A stretch of DNA of 50,924 nucleotides from Faecousia sp. (GCA_045126955.1 JBGVPJ010000047.1:1-50924); one strand, 5' to 3'. Positions 9,522 through 19,814 are shown, counted from the stretch's first letter. A program made the numbers and translations. The notes: generated from the sequence alone by a model not told the origin.

Positions 9522-12035
9522 TCAGGCATTGGGATTGCTTGCGGTATCGGCACCGTCACCGGTGAGACCCAGCCGTTCTGCCGCCTCCTGGCGCATTTTG
9601 TACTTGAGCACCTTGCCGGCGGCGTTCATGGGAAAGCCTTCAACAAAGGCAATGTACTTGGGCACCTTGTGACGAGCCATGCTGGCGGCAATATAATTAT
9701 GCATTTCCTCTTCGGTGACCTTTGCGTCCTCTTTCAGCACGATGGCGGCGTAAATCTCCTCACCGTACTTCTTGTCGGGCACACCGATGACCTGTACATC
9801 CTTCACATCCTTATGGGTGTAGATGAATTCCTCGATTTCCTTGGGGTAGATGTTCTCACCGCCACGGATAATCATATCTTTCAGGCGTCCTGTAATCCGG
9901 TAGTTGCCTTCTTCGTCACGGCAGGCCAAGTCGCCGGAGTGGAGCCAACCCTCACTGTCCACCGTTTCCTTAGTGGCCTGAGGCATTTTGTAGTAGCCCT
10001 TCATGGTGTTGTAGCCACGGGAGCAGAACTCACCGTTTACACCGGGGCCCACTTCCTCGCCGGTTTCCGGATTCACGATTTTACACTGCACATGAGGGAA
10101 GGCATAGCCGACGGTATCGGTGCGTACCTCCAGAGAATCCGTCCATGCGGACATGGTGGAACCGGGGGCGGATTCGGTCTGCCCGTAGACACTCACGATA
10201 CCCCGCATATTCATCTCGTCGGCTCTGGCGGCTCTGCGCATCAGCTCCGGCGGACAGCCGGCACCGGCCATAATGCCTGTACGCATGTGGGAGAAGTCGG
10301 TTTTCCGATAGTCCGGATGATTGAACATGGCAATGAACATGGTGGGCACGCCGTTGAAGCAGGTAATTTTCTCCTGTGTGATACAGGCAAGGGAGGATTT
10401 TGCGGAAAAATAGGGCAACGGACATACAGTTGCACCGTGGGTCATGGAGGAGGTCATAGACAGCACCATGCCGAAGCAGTGGAACATGGGCACCTGAATC
10501 ATCATCCGGTCGGCGGTGGAAAGACCCATCCGGTCGCCGATGCACTTGCCGTTGTTCACCACATTGTAGTGAGTTAACATAACACCTTTGGGGAATCCTG
10601 TGGTACCGGAGGTGTACTGCATATTGCACACATCATCCGGGCGGACGGCGGTGGCCATCCGTGTCAGCTGCTCTTGGCTTACCAGCTCGTACCGGCTCAT
10701 GGCCTCATCAAAGGTGAGGCATCCGGGCTGCTTAAATCCTACGGTAATCACATTCCGCAGGAAGGGCAGGCGCTTGCAGTGCAGGGGCGTGCCGGCCTTT
10801 GTGTCGGCAATCTCCGGACACAGCTCATTGATAATCCCCCGATAATCCGAATCCAGACAGGATTCAATCATCACCAAGGTATGCGTATCCGACTGGCGGA
10901 GCAGATATTCCGCCTCATGAGATTTGTAGGCGGTGTTCACGGTCACCAGCACCGCACCGATTTTGGTGGCGGCCCAAAAGGTAATGTACCAAGCAGGCAC
11001 ATTGGTGGCCCATACTGCCACCTTGCTGCCGGCCTTCACACCCATGGAAATCAATGCCCGTGCAAACCGGTCCACATCACTGCGGAATTCCTCATAGGTG
11101 CGGGTATAGTCCAGTGTGGTGTATTTGAAGGCATACTGGTCCGGAAATTCCTCCACCATCCGATCCAGCACCTGAGAAAAGGTCAAATCAATCAGCTCGT
11201 CCTTTTTCCAAACATACTGACCTGTGCCGTCATGGTTAAAATAGAGGGATTTCTTTTTGCCCCGGGGGCTGTCAAACCGGTGCATATAGTTGACAAAGTA
11301 GGGGAAGATGATTTCTGGGTCCTGCAGCTCCTCCATCCACTCCGGCTTCCACTCCAAGGAGATAAAGCCGTCGTAGTTGACGGAGGACAGGGCGCGCATC
11401 ATATCATCGATGGGCATGGTGCCCTCACCGATGAGCTGATAGACACCGCTGTCATCGGAGTCCCGCAGGTGTACATGACGCACATAGGCGCCCAAATTTT
11501 TAATGGTTGTATCGCCACTCTCTCCCATATCCCGATAGGGGTGGTGCACATCCCAAAGGGCAGCCAGCTGGTCGCAGGGGAAGCTGTCCATCATTCGGCG
11601 CAGTCGGGCGGTGTCGGCATAAATACCGCTGGTTTTCAGCAGTAAGGTAACCTCCGCTTCCTCTGCCTTTGGCAGCAATATCCGCAGATTTTCTCGGACG
11701 GTGTCCTCATGCTCCGTCAGCGCACAGCATACTACATAGGGCACGCCGGTGTTGTGGGCCACCTCCATAAGCACCTGCAGGTCCTCTATGTGACAGTCGG
11801 CAGAGGAGATATCGCAGGAGGAGTCGAAGCAGGGGATTTTCAGCTTCAGCTCCCGCAGCTGCCGTACCGTGGCGGCAGCCTGGTATTTGTGAAAGGGACC
11901 GCTGCGGTCCAAAAGGGGATTGAACTTGGGGAGATTATATACCTCCACACCGGAAAATCCCATATCCTTCGCCGTTTGGAGCATCTCCTCCCAGCTTAAT
12001 TCCGGCCAACCCCGTGTGGAAAAGGAGAGATTCAT
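9522..12035 (-). CDS. Fusion: xylose-isomerase-like TIM barrel + acyl-CoA synthetase (AMP-binding)
   Basis: N-terminal ~250 aa with WDVHHP, HVHLRD, IGEG, GFISLEW; C-terminal YTSGTTGFPKG, YGQTE, HSGDL, GRLKDMIIRGGENIYP, GKVLK. Confidence 0.88.
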   Translation of the reverse strand: MNLSFSTRGWPELSWEEMLQTAKDMGFSGVEVYNLPKFNPLLDRSGPFHKYQAAATVRQLRELKLKIPCFDSSCDISSADCHIEDLQVLMEVAHNTGVPYVVCCALTEHEDTVRENLRILLPKAEEAEVTLLLKTSGIYADTARLRRMMDSFPCDQLAALWDVHHPYRDMGESGDTTIKNLGAYVRHVHLRDSDDSGVYQLIGEGTMPIDDMMRALSSVNYDGFISLEWKPEWMEELQDPEIIFPYFVNYMHRFDSPRGKKKSLYFNHDGTGQYVWKKDELIDLTFSQVLDRMVEEFPDQYAFKYTTLDYTRTYEEFRSDVDRFARALISMGVKAGSKVAVWATNVPAWYITFWAATKIGAVLVTVNTAYKSHEAEYLLRQSDTHTLVMIESCLDSDYRGIINELCPEIADTKAGTPLHCKRLPFLRNVITVGFKQPGCLTFDEAMSRYELVSQEQLTRMATAVRPDDVCNMQYTSGTTGFPKGVMLTHYNVVNNGKCIGDRMGLSTADRMMIQVPMFHCFGMVLSMTSSMTHGATVCPLPYFSAKSSLACITQEKITCFNGVPTMFIAMFNHPDYRKTDFSHMRTGIMAGAGCPPELMRRAARADEMNMRGIVSVYGQTESAPGSTMSAWTDSLEVRTDTVGYAFPHVQCKIVNPETGEEVGPGVNGEFCSRGYNTMKGYYKMPQATKETVDSEGWLHSGDLACRDEEGNYRITGRLKDMIIRGGENIYPKEIEEFIYTHKDVKDVQVIGVPDKKYGEEIYAAIVLKEDAKVTEEEMHNYIAASMARHKVPKYIAFVEGFPMNAAGKVLKYKMRQEAAERLGLTGDGADTASNPNA

Positions 12036-13444
12036 ACGTCTTCCTCCTCATAGACAATTTTGTTCAGTGCGCTAATGTAGGCCCGGATACTGGCGCCCAC
12101 GATATCCGTGGAAATGCCCCGTCCGGAGTAAAGCCTGCCGCCGGAGCGCAGCTTCACGATGGTCTGGCCCATGGCCTCCCGACCTTCCGTAACCGCTTGG
12201 ATTTGGAAGTCGTCCAGCTCATAATGGTGGCCGGTAATTTGCTCAATGGCCAAAAATGCCGCATCAATGGGGCCGTCACCGATGCAAACGCCCTCCAAAA
12301 AGCTGCCCTTTTTCTGTAGCCGTAGATGGGCGGTGGCAGAGATGGTGTTGCCTGCGGTAATCACATAGGTATCCAGTACATAGGCAGGGGGCACCTGCAT
12401 GGCCGCAGAGGCCACGATGGCATCCAATTCCTTCACGCTCACCTGCTCTTTTTTACCGGCGATGGCCTGGAAGGCTTCATAGACCTTCTCCTGATCCTCC
12501 GGAGAAAGCTCGTAGCCCAAATGGGCAACCGCCTTGCTCACGGCGGCCAAATCGTCGTGGGCGGTGAGGTACAGACCGTTTTCCTCTTCCCTGACACCGC
12601 TGTCAAAGGGGGAATTCTTGCTCCGTCCGGTCTGGCACATCCATTGAATCTGTCCTACAATCCGGCTGAGCTGGGTGGTGTGTACGGAGGTACGCCAATC
12701 AAAACCGTCGCCTCTTGCGGCGATGATTTTTGTCACTTTGGAAAGGTCGGCGGTATCGATGGGGTAGGCCGCAGTTTTGACTTCTCCGGCGCCTTGGCAC
12801 AGGGCGGCAATGGAGCAGGAAACTGCCATGCTCAAGCTATTGGAGCAGCGTACGCCAAGGCAAACGGTTTTCAAAGCCGGCACAGCCTCTACAACCCGCG
12901 TGATAAAATCGCCAAACTCCTCCGGCAGAAGGCTTGCGGCAGTGTCGCACAGGGTCACTGTGGTAGCACCGGCAGCGATTGCCGTCTGTATCGCCTCACA
13001 CAGGAAGGCAAATTCACTTCTTGTGGCATCCTGTGCGATGAATTCCACATCCGTGCAGCAAGCAGCACAGCTTTTTACCGTCTGCCCGATGGCAACGAGC
13101 ATCGCCTCCGGCTTCTTGTGGTACAGGTATTCCATCTGTACCGCACTCACAGGTGCCGGCACCTGCAGACGGGGTGCTTTGGCAAGCTGCAGGGCGTTCC
13201 AAACCTCCTGCACACTCGCTTCATTTAAGAAAACAGGAACCGCTACGGTGCTCTCCTTCACCGCTGCGGCGATGGATTTAATCCGTAGGCTGTCCACTCT
13301 GGAGTTCTCTATTCCTTCCAGTTCAATCACTGCCACACCCAGCTTATCCAACAGCTTGGAAAGCTCAATCTTCTCCTTAAAGGAGAGGGTAAAGCCCTCC
13401 GCTGTTTGTTTCATGGTCATATCGGAAATTCTAATGTTTGCCAT
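12032..13444 (-). CDS. 2-isopropylmalate synthase-like protein with degenerate catalytic domain and intact regulatory domain
   Basis: LeuA C-terminal motifs GDGPIDA, AVTEGREA, GRGISTDIVGAS. DTTLRDGEQ is replaced by DMTMKQTAE and HxHND by RCSNS. ATG 13444 follows aaggag. Confidence 0.8.
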   Translation of the reverse strand: MANIRISDMTMKQTAEGFTLSFKEKIELSKLLDKLGVAVIELEGIENSRVDSLRIKSIAAAVKESTVAVPVFLNEASVQEVWNALQLAKAPRLQVPAPVSAVQMEYLYHKKPEAMLVAIGQTVKSCAACCTDVEFIAQDATRSEFAFLCEAIQTAIAAGATTVTLCDTAASLLPEEFGDFITRVVEAVPALKTVCLGVRCSNSLSMAVSCSIAALCQGAGEVKTAAYPIDTADLSKVTKIIAARGDGFDWRTSVHTTQLSRIVGQIQWMCQTGRSKNSPFDSGVREEENGLYLTAHDDLAAVSKAVAHLGYELSPEDQEKVYEAFQAIAGKKEQVSVKELDAIVASAAMQVPPAYVLDTYVITAGNTISATAHLRLQKKGSFLEGVCIGDGPIDAAFLAIEQITGHHYELDDFQIQAVTEGREAMGQTIVKLRSGGRLYSGRGISTDIVGASIRAYISALNKIVYEEEDV

Positions 13445-13466
13445 CGTATCCAACTCCTTAAATAAT

Positions 13467-13725
13467 AAAAAAACCCGAGGTCGATGTTGACCTCAGGGAC
13501 GAAATAAATTCGCGGTACCACCCCGGTTACCCTCCCGAAAGGGAGAATCTCTCTCGGACTTCCAACAAAGTCCCAGCCTGTAACGGGGCGACCGGGTCTC
13601 ACTACTTTCACAACGGGTTCGCAAGACCGACTCGGGAAGCAGATTGCCAAATCCTTCCGCACCGGCTCGCACCAACCGCCGGCTCTCTGGAGCTTTTAGA
13701 AAAGGCAAATTTTCCGTCATTGTCT
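13467..13725 (-). promoter_or_regulatory. T-box riboswitch, probable Leu (CUG) specifier
   Basis: On the - strand: AGAGA box, GGTGCGA loop, CTG at 13642-13640 before the ttcc stem, T-box GGTGGTACCGCG, terminator ctgaggtc..gacctcggg-ttttttt. Confidence 0.85.
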
Positions 13726-13899
13726 TTTTCTATATTATTGTAAACATTTAAGCATAAATTGTTCGGTTTGTCAACAGGAAAACCGCAAAAAACCACAGTT
13801 TGCAATTTTGCACAAAAGTTGTACAGGATTTAAATTAATCTTTAGCAGAAAAACATTTGACTTTTTCTCGTGGACATTGTATAATGTCTCCAACATATA

Positions 13900-14152
13900 G
13901 AAGGCTGTGACGAAGACGGTCCGGCGAGAAGACTTTCAGAGAGTCGGCGGTTGGTGTGAGCCGATGGTCTGCTGCCACAAGACCCATCACTTCCGAGCTG
14001 AAGCGCCGAGCATTTGTTAGGTGTTTCCGTTTGCCCGCGTTAAGGGCTAGGACTTGATGGAGTCTGAAGGGGCGGCAATGCTGCAATTTGAGTGGTACCG
14101 CGGGTAGAATTTTACTCGTCTCAAGATTTTTCTTGAGACGATTTTTGTTTTA
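13900..14152 (+). promoter_or_regulatory. T-box riboswitch, Ile (AUC) specifier
   Basis: AGAGA box, GGTGTGA loop, ATC at 13986-13988, AGTGGTACCGCG at 14091-14102, terminator tcgtctcaaga..tcttgagacga-tttttgtttt. TTGACT-N17-TATAAT promoter just upstream. Confidence 0.9.
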
Positions 14153-14167
14153 TAGGAGGTAATTGTT

Positions 14168-16450
14168 ATGAGCAACCAAAATAATGCGAGTAATCAACTG
14201 TTGGATGTGGCGCAGCGAATTCGGGAAATGCGTCAAATCGTGGGTTACAGCATAGCGCAGATGGCTGAAAAGACAGAACTTTCTGAAGCGTTATACCAAC
14301 AGTATGAGGCAGGCAGCACCGATCTGCCCTTTACCTTTATGCACAAATGTGCCAAGATATTCGGTTTGGAGCTGACAGAACTTCTGGAAGGCCACAGTGC
14401 TAAGCTATCCGGCTATGCCGTTACTCGCAAGGGAAAGGGTATGGTTACTGCCAGCGAGGATGGCATTACCATTCAAGATATGGCCGCTATGTTCCGCAAG
14501 AAGCTGGCCACGCCCTACTATGTTACCTATGAATACTCCCAGGAGCTGCAGGATAAGCCTATTCACACCACTACCCACGATGGCCAGGAGTTCGACCTGG
14601 TACTCAAGGGTGCTATGCGTATCAAAGTGGGCGATCACGAGGAGATCCTGCGGGAGGGTGACAGCATCTTCTACAAATCCTCCACACCGCATGGTATGAT
14701 CGCTATCGACGGGGAGTCTTGTGTATTCCTTTCTATGATTATGGCCGGTGACAAAACCGATACGGCTATGCACCATCCTACTGCCAAAAAGGCAAAAGCA
14801 CAGAAAGAGTCACTGCTGTGCAACCAATTTGTGTGGGGCAGCGAGGATGACCACGGGGTCATGACCGGCATTCACTTTGCCAATACTGATCGTTATAACT
14901 TTGCCTTTGATACGGTGGATGCTATCGCCCGGAAGGAGCCGGACAAGCTGGCAATGATTCACATTGCAAACGATATGAGCGAACGGCGCTTCACCTTTAA
15001 GGATATGAAGGATGCGTCCAGCCAGTGTGCCAACTACTTTAAATCCTTGGGCATCAAACGGGGCGATCGGGTAATGCTGGTACTGAAGCGTCACTATCAG
15101 TTCTGGTTCTCGATCCTGGCGCTGCACAAGCTTGGTGCCATTGCCATCCCTGCTACCAACCAGCTGATGGAACATGATTTTGTCTACCGCTTTGAGGCAG
15201 GCGGCGTTTCCGCCATCGTATGTACCGCTGACGGTGATACTGCCCATCAGGTAGAGTTGGCAGAGCAATCCGCTGGGCTGAAACTGACCAAGATCCTGGT
15301 TGCAGATAACGGAATGAAAAAGGAAGGCTGGCACGATTTTAACGAAGAATACCACCTGTTCAGCCGTCGCTATCTGCGTACTGATCACGCCCCATGTGGG
15401 GAAGATCGTATGCTGATGCTCTTTACCTCCGGTACCACCGGCTACCCCAAGATGGCAATGCACTCTTACAAGTATGCCTTAGGTCACTATGTCACCGCCA
15501 AATACTGGCATCTGTGTGAGAGGGACGGTCTGCACTTTACCATCTCCGAGACCGGCTGGGGTAAAGCGCTGTGGGGCAAGCTCTACGGCCAATGGCTGTG
15601 TGAGGGTGCAGTGTTTACTTATGATTTTGATCGCTTTGATGCAGAAAAGATTCTGCCGATGTTTGCCAAGTACAACATCACCACCTTCTGCGCACCTCCC
15701 ACAATGTACCGTATGCTTATCAAGCAAGATCTTAGCCGATTTGATCTTTCCTCCATTCATCACGCAACGACCGCCGGTGAGGCACTGAACCCCGAGGTAT
15801 TTTATCAGTTTGAAAAATCCACCGGTCTGCGGATTCACGAGGGCTTTGGCCAGACGGAAATGACCCTTGGTATTGCGAACCTCTTTGGCTGTGAGATCAA
15901 ACCCGGTGCCATGGGCAAACCCATTCCCGGCTACGGCATTGACATTGTTGACAGTGACGGCAATCCGGTACAGGACGGTGTCAACGGCGAGATCGTCATC
16001 CATACCGACCCGGCACCCACCTGTGGCGTATTCTTGGGTTATTATCGTAATCAAGAAGCTACCGACTCTGTGTGGCACGATGGCATGTATCACACCGGCG
16101 ATGTTGCTTGGCGAGATGAGGACGGTTACTATTGGTATGTGGGTCGTGCGGATGATGTGATCAAGTCCTCCGGCTATCGGATTGGACCGTTCGAGATCGA
16201 GTCTACCATTATGGAGCTTCCCTATGTGCTGGAATGTGGTGTCTGCGCTGCACCGGACGAGGTTAGAGGTCAGATAGTCAAGGCCTGCATTGTGTTGGTG
16301 CCCGGCACGGAAGGTACGGAGGAGCTAAAGAAAGAGATTCAGGCCTATGTAAAGGCGCATACCGCTCCTTACAAATACCCCCGAATTGTGGAATTCCGCA
16401 CAGAGCTGCCCAAGACCATCTCCGGTAAGATTATGCGTAACAAGCTATAA
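14168..16450 (+). CDS. XRE HTH-cupin-acyl-CoA synthetase fusion (paralog 1)
   Basis: N-terminal HTH (RIREMR..SIAQMAEKT), cupin (HDGQEF..PHGM), medium-chain ACS motifs FTSGTTGYPK, GFGQTE, YHTGD, GRADDVIKSSGYRIGP, PKTISGK. Confidence 0.9.
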   Translation: MSNQNNASNQLLDVAQRIREMRQIVGYSIAQMAEKTELSEALYQQYEAGSTDLPFTFMHKCAKIFGLELTELLEGHSAKLSGYAVTRKGKGMVTASEDGITIQDMAAMFRKKLATPYYVTYEYSQELQDKPIHTTTHDGQEFDLVLKGAMRIKVGDHEEILREGDSIFYKSSTPHGMIAIDGESCVFLSMIMAGDKTDTAMHHPTAKKAKAQKESLLCNQFVWGSEDDHGVMTGIHFANTDRYNFAFDTVDAIARKEPDKLAMIHIANDMSERRFTFKDMKDASSQCANYFKSLGIKRGDRVMLVLKRHYQFWFSILALHKLGAIAIPATNQLMEHDFVYRFEAGGVSAIVCTADGDTAHQVELAEQSAGLKLTKILVADNGMKKEGWHDFNEEYHLFSRRYLRTDHAPCGEDRMLMLFTSGTTGYPKMAMHSYKYALGHYVTAKYWHLCERDGLHFTISETGWGKALWGKLYGQWLCEGAVFTYDFDRFDAEKILPMFAKYNITTFCAPPTMYRMLIKQDLSRFDLSSIHHATTAGEALNPEVFYQFEKSTGLRIHEGFGQTEMTLGIANLFGCEIKPGAMGKPIPGYGIDIVDSDGNPVQDGVNGEIVIHTDPAPTCGVFLGYYRNQEATDSVWHDGMYHTGDVAWRDEDGYYWYVGRADDVIKSSGYRIGPFEIESTIMELPYVLECGVCAAPDEVRGQIVKACIVLVPGTEGTEELKKEIQAYVKAHTAPYKYPRIVEFRTELPKTISGKIMRNKL

Positions 16451-16599
16451 GTTTAGAAAGCAACGCCTAGGTGCTTCTTCTAAAGCGGAAGCACTTACAC
16501 ATCATAAAAACATTCAAATTTATTGACAACTTTTTATATAAATGATAAAATTTTATTTTCCGGGAGTCTGGAGTAAATCGCCTATTTGAGAGGTAGCTT

Positions 16600-18888
16600 A
16601 TGGAATATAGTATAACTGGTGCGGATTACAAAACGAAAGAAATAGCCGCTCGTATTCGGGATCTGCGAGAGATTTCCGGTATCAGTCAGGAAGAGATGGC
16701 TAACCGCACAGGTGTGAGTTTAGAGGAATACCGTTGCTGTGAGGAAGGCAAAAAGGATCTGAGCATTGCTTTTCTGTACCGCTGTGTGCTGATTCTGGAT
16801 GTGGATATGGGCGACCTGCTGGAAGGTCATAGCCCCAAACTCCGCTCTTATGCCCTTACCCGCAAAGGAGAGGGCCAGCGAATTGAAGAAGCGCACCATA
16901 TGGTTGGCTACAACCTTGCCTCCGGTTTCCGCAACCGTATCGCATTGCCCCTGTATATGGAACTGAACTATCGCCCCGGCGCACAGGCCGAGGATATGGA
17001 GTTGACCAGCCACGAGGGACAGGAATGTGACATCGTCATCCGAGGTCATATGCGTATTCAAATCGGTGAGCACTTTGAAACCCTCTACCCCGGCGACTGT
17101 ATTTATTACGACTCCTCCACACCCCACGGTATGATTGCCGTAGACGGAGAGGACTGCGCGTTCTATGCCATTGTGCTGAGCAATTCTGCTGCCCGTCAGG
17201 AAGAACCGTCCGCTGCATTGGAATCTCTCACTGTGCCTATGCCCACGCCGGACAAAGTGCGTCGGGTATACCACGACTTTATTATCCCCACTGTGGAGAA
17301 CGGCAAGCTTACCAAAATTGCATTCCAAAACGAAGAGAAATTTAATTTCGCCTTCGATATCGTGGACAAGCTGGGCAGAACAAAGCCGGACAAGCTGGCA
17401 ATGCTTCACCTGTCTGAGGATGGCACTGAGCGGCGCTTTACCTTCCAGGATATGAAAAAGGAATCTGCCCGGGCAGCCAATTTCTTTAAATCTATCGGTA
17501 TCCGCCGGGGCGATCGGGTCATGCTGGTGCTCAAGCGTCACTGGCAGTTCTGGGTAGCAATTTTGGGTCTGCACAAGCTGGGCGCCATTGCCATTCCAGG
17601 TACAGATCAGCTGCTGGAAAAGGACCTTACCTACCGCTTCCAAGCAGGAAAAGTGAAGGCGATCCTCTGCACTGCCGACGGCAATACTGCTCAGTCGGTG
17701 GAGGCCGCCGCTGAAAAATGTCCCAATTTGGCACACAAGATTCTTGTGGGAGGCAAAAAAGAGGGCTGGCATGATTTCAACGAGGAATATGCCATGTTTA
17801 GCAGCCATTATGCAAGAGCAGAGGATGCCCCCTGTGGCAGCGACCCCATGCTTATGTTCTTTACCTCCGGCACATCCGGCTATCCTAAGCTGGCAGCGCA
17901 CAACTACAAATACCCCTTGGGTCACTTTATCACCGCCAAGTACTGGCATCAGGTCCATTCCGACGGTCTGCACCTGACCATCTCCGATACCGGCTGGGCT
18001 AAGGCCTTGTGGGGCAAGCTCTACGGTCAGTGGCTGTGCGAAGCGGCAACCTTTGTCTACGATTTCAGCCGCTTTGACGCAGAGAAGATTCTGCCTCTGT
18101 TTGAAAAGTACCAAATCACCACCTTCTGCGCACCCCCTACCATGTACCGGATGCTTATTAAGCAGGATTTGAGCCGCTTTGACCTATCTTCTATCCGGCA
18201 TGCTTCCATTGCAGGCGAGGCGCTGAACCCGGAGGTATTCCGTCAGTTCAGAAAAGCTACCGGCTTGGCGATTATGGAGGGCTTTGGTCAGTCCGAAAGC
18301 ACACTTATTATCGGCAACCTCTCCGGCGATAATCACAAGGTGGGCTCCATGGGCAAGCCTGTGCCTCTGTATGATGTGCACCTTTTGGACAGCGAGGGCA
18401 ACGAGGTGGCAACCGGCGAAAACGGTGAAATTTGCATCAACATCGCAAACGGTCTGCCCTGTGGCCTTGCCTATGCCTATGAGGGCAACGAGGAAGTCAC
18501 CCGTGAGACTTGGCGTGACGGTTACTATCACACCGGCGATTTGGCATGGCGTGACGAGGATGGCTTCTACTGGTATGTGGGCCGTGCCGACGATGTGATC
18601 AAATCCTCCGGCTACCGGATCGGACCTTTTGAAATTGAAAATGTCATCATGGAGCTGCCCTATGTATTGGAATGCGGTGTTTCTGCCGCCCCCGATGAAA
18701 TTCGCGGACAGGTGGTAAAGGCCAGCATTGTGCTGGTGAAGGATTTTAAGGGCACCGATGAGCTGAAAAAGCAGATTCAGGACTATGTAAAGTCTAGAAC
18801 CGCTCCCTACAAGTACCCCCGAATTGTAGAATTCCGGGAATCTCTCCCTAAAACCACCAGTGGAAAAATCATCAGAAAGCAACTATAA
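16600..18888 (+). CDS. XRE HTH-cupin-acyl-CoA synthetase fusion (paralog 2)
   Basis: Same architecture as 14168-16450; FTSGTSGYPK, GFGQSE, YHTGD, PKTTSGK. Confidence 0.9.
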   Translation: MEYSITGADYKTKEIAARIRDLREISGISQEEMANRTGVSLEEYRCCEEGKKDLSIAFLYRCVLILDVDMGDLLEGHSPKLRSYALTRKGEGQRIEEAHHMVGYNLASGFRNRIALPLYMELNYRPGAQAEDMELTSHEGQECDIVIRGHMRIQIGEHFETLYPGDCIYYDSSTPHGMIAVDGEDCAFYAIVLSNSAARQEEPSAALESLTVPMPTPDKVRRVYHDFIIPTVENGKLTKIAFQNEEKFNFAFDIVDKLGRTKPDKLAMLHLSEDGTERRFTFQDMKKESARAANFFKSIGIRRGDRVMLVLKRHWQFWVAILGLHKLGAIAIPGTDQLLEKDLTYRFQAGKVKAILCTADGNTAQSVEAAAEKCPNLAHKILVGGKKEGWHDFNEEYAMFSSHYARAEDAPCGSDPMLMFFTSGTSGYPKLAAHNYKYPLGHFITAKYWHQVHSDGLHLTISDTGWAKALWGKLYGQWLCEAATFVYDFSRFDAEKILPLFEKYQITTFCAPPTMYRMLIKQDLSRFDLSSIRHASIAGEALNPEVFRQFRKATGLAIMEGFGQSESTLIIGNLSGDNHKVGSMGKPVPLYDVHLLDSEGNEVATGENGEICINIANGLPCGLAYAYEGNEEVTRETWRDGYYHTGDLAWRDEDGFYWYVGRADDVIKSSGYRIGPFEIENVIMELPYVLECGVSAAPDEIRGQVVKASIVLVKDFKGTDELKKQIQDYVKSRTAPYKYPRIVEFRESLPKTTSGKIIRKQL

Positions 18889-18890
18889 AT

Positions 18891-19592
18891 ATGGAACATA
18901 AACGACTGACGCTCTTTGCAGGGCATTACGGCAGCGGCAAAACCAACATCGCCGTGAACTATGCCATTGCTCTATCGGGAGAGGGGAAAAAGGTCTGTAT
19001 CGGGGATTTGGACATTGTAAACCCCTATTTCCGTACTGCCGACAGCAAAAAAGAGCTGGAAAACGCCGGCGTAACATTGATTTCTCCCCAATTTGCCAAC
19101 TCCAATGTGGATTTGCCGGCTCTGCCGGCGGAGGCCTATCGGCTGGTGACAGATCGCAATACCTATGGTGTTATGGATATCGGCGGTGACGACCGTGGTG
19201 CATATGCCCTTGGCAGGTATGTGCCGGCCATCCTTGAGGAGGGGAACTTCCGCATGGTATTCGTTGCCAACTGCTACCGGCCCCTTACCCGCACCCCGGA
19301 GGAGGCGCTGGAAGTGATGCGGGAGATAGAGGCCGCCTGCGGGCTTCCCTTTACCGACATCGTCAACAATTCCAATTTAGGTCCGGAAACCACTCCGGAA
19401 ACGGTGCTGGCTTCTGTTTCTTATGTGGAACAGCTCAGCCAACTCTCCGGTCTGCCTCTGTGGCAGACCGCCGCAAGAGAGGATGTGGCAGCAAAGCTTA
19501 CCAAGCTTCCCAATGTGCTCCCCCTGCGCCTGCAGGAAAAATATTTTGATTTACCATCCCAGAAGCCGGGTTCCCGACCTCTGTGGGGATAA
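18891..19592 (+). CDS. P-loop NTPase (MinD/CobQ-like) associated with vor operons
   Basis: GHYGSGKT Walker A, DLDIVNPYFR, DIGGDD. Confidence 0.8.
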   Translation: MEHKRLTLFAGHYGSGKTNIAVNYAIALSGEGKKVCIGDLDIVNPYFRTADSKKELENAGVTLISPQFANSNVDLPALPAEAYRLVTDRNTYGVMDIGGDDRGAYALGRYVPAILEEGNFRMVFVANCYRPLTRTPEEALEVMREIEAACGLPFTDIVNNSNLGPETTPETVLASVSYVEQLSQLSGLPLWQTAAREDVAAKLTKLPNVLPLRLQEKYFDLPSQKPGSRPLWG

Positions 19593-19607
19593 ATGGAGGA
19601 ATTGAAA

Positions 19608-19814
19608 ATGGCAACTGTAACATTTCGCACCGACTGGTGCAAAGGCTGCGGTCTATGTGTGGACGCCTGTCCTAAAGGGTGTCTGACCATTGCCGCCGAC
19701 AAAATTAACAAAAAAGGCTATTCTCCCGCTGTGATGGAACATCCCGAAAAGTGCATTGGCTGTGCCTTCTGCGCAACCATGTGTCCGGATTGCATCATTA
19801 CAGTGGAAAAGTAA
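19608..19814 (+). CDS. 2[4Fe-4S] ferredoxin subunit of 2-oxoacid:ferredoxin oxidoreductase
   Basis: Two CxxCxxCxxxCP motifs; ggagg RBS. Confidence 0.92.
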   Translation: MATVTFRTDWCKGCGLCVDACPKGCLTIAADKINKKGYSPAVMEHPEKCIGCAFCATMCPDCIITVEK

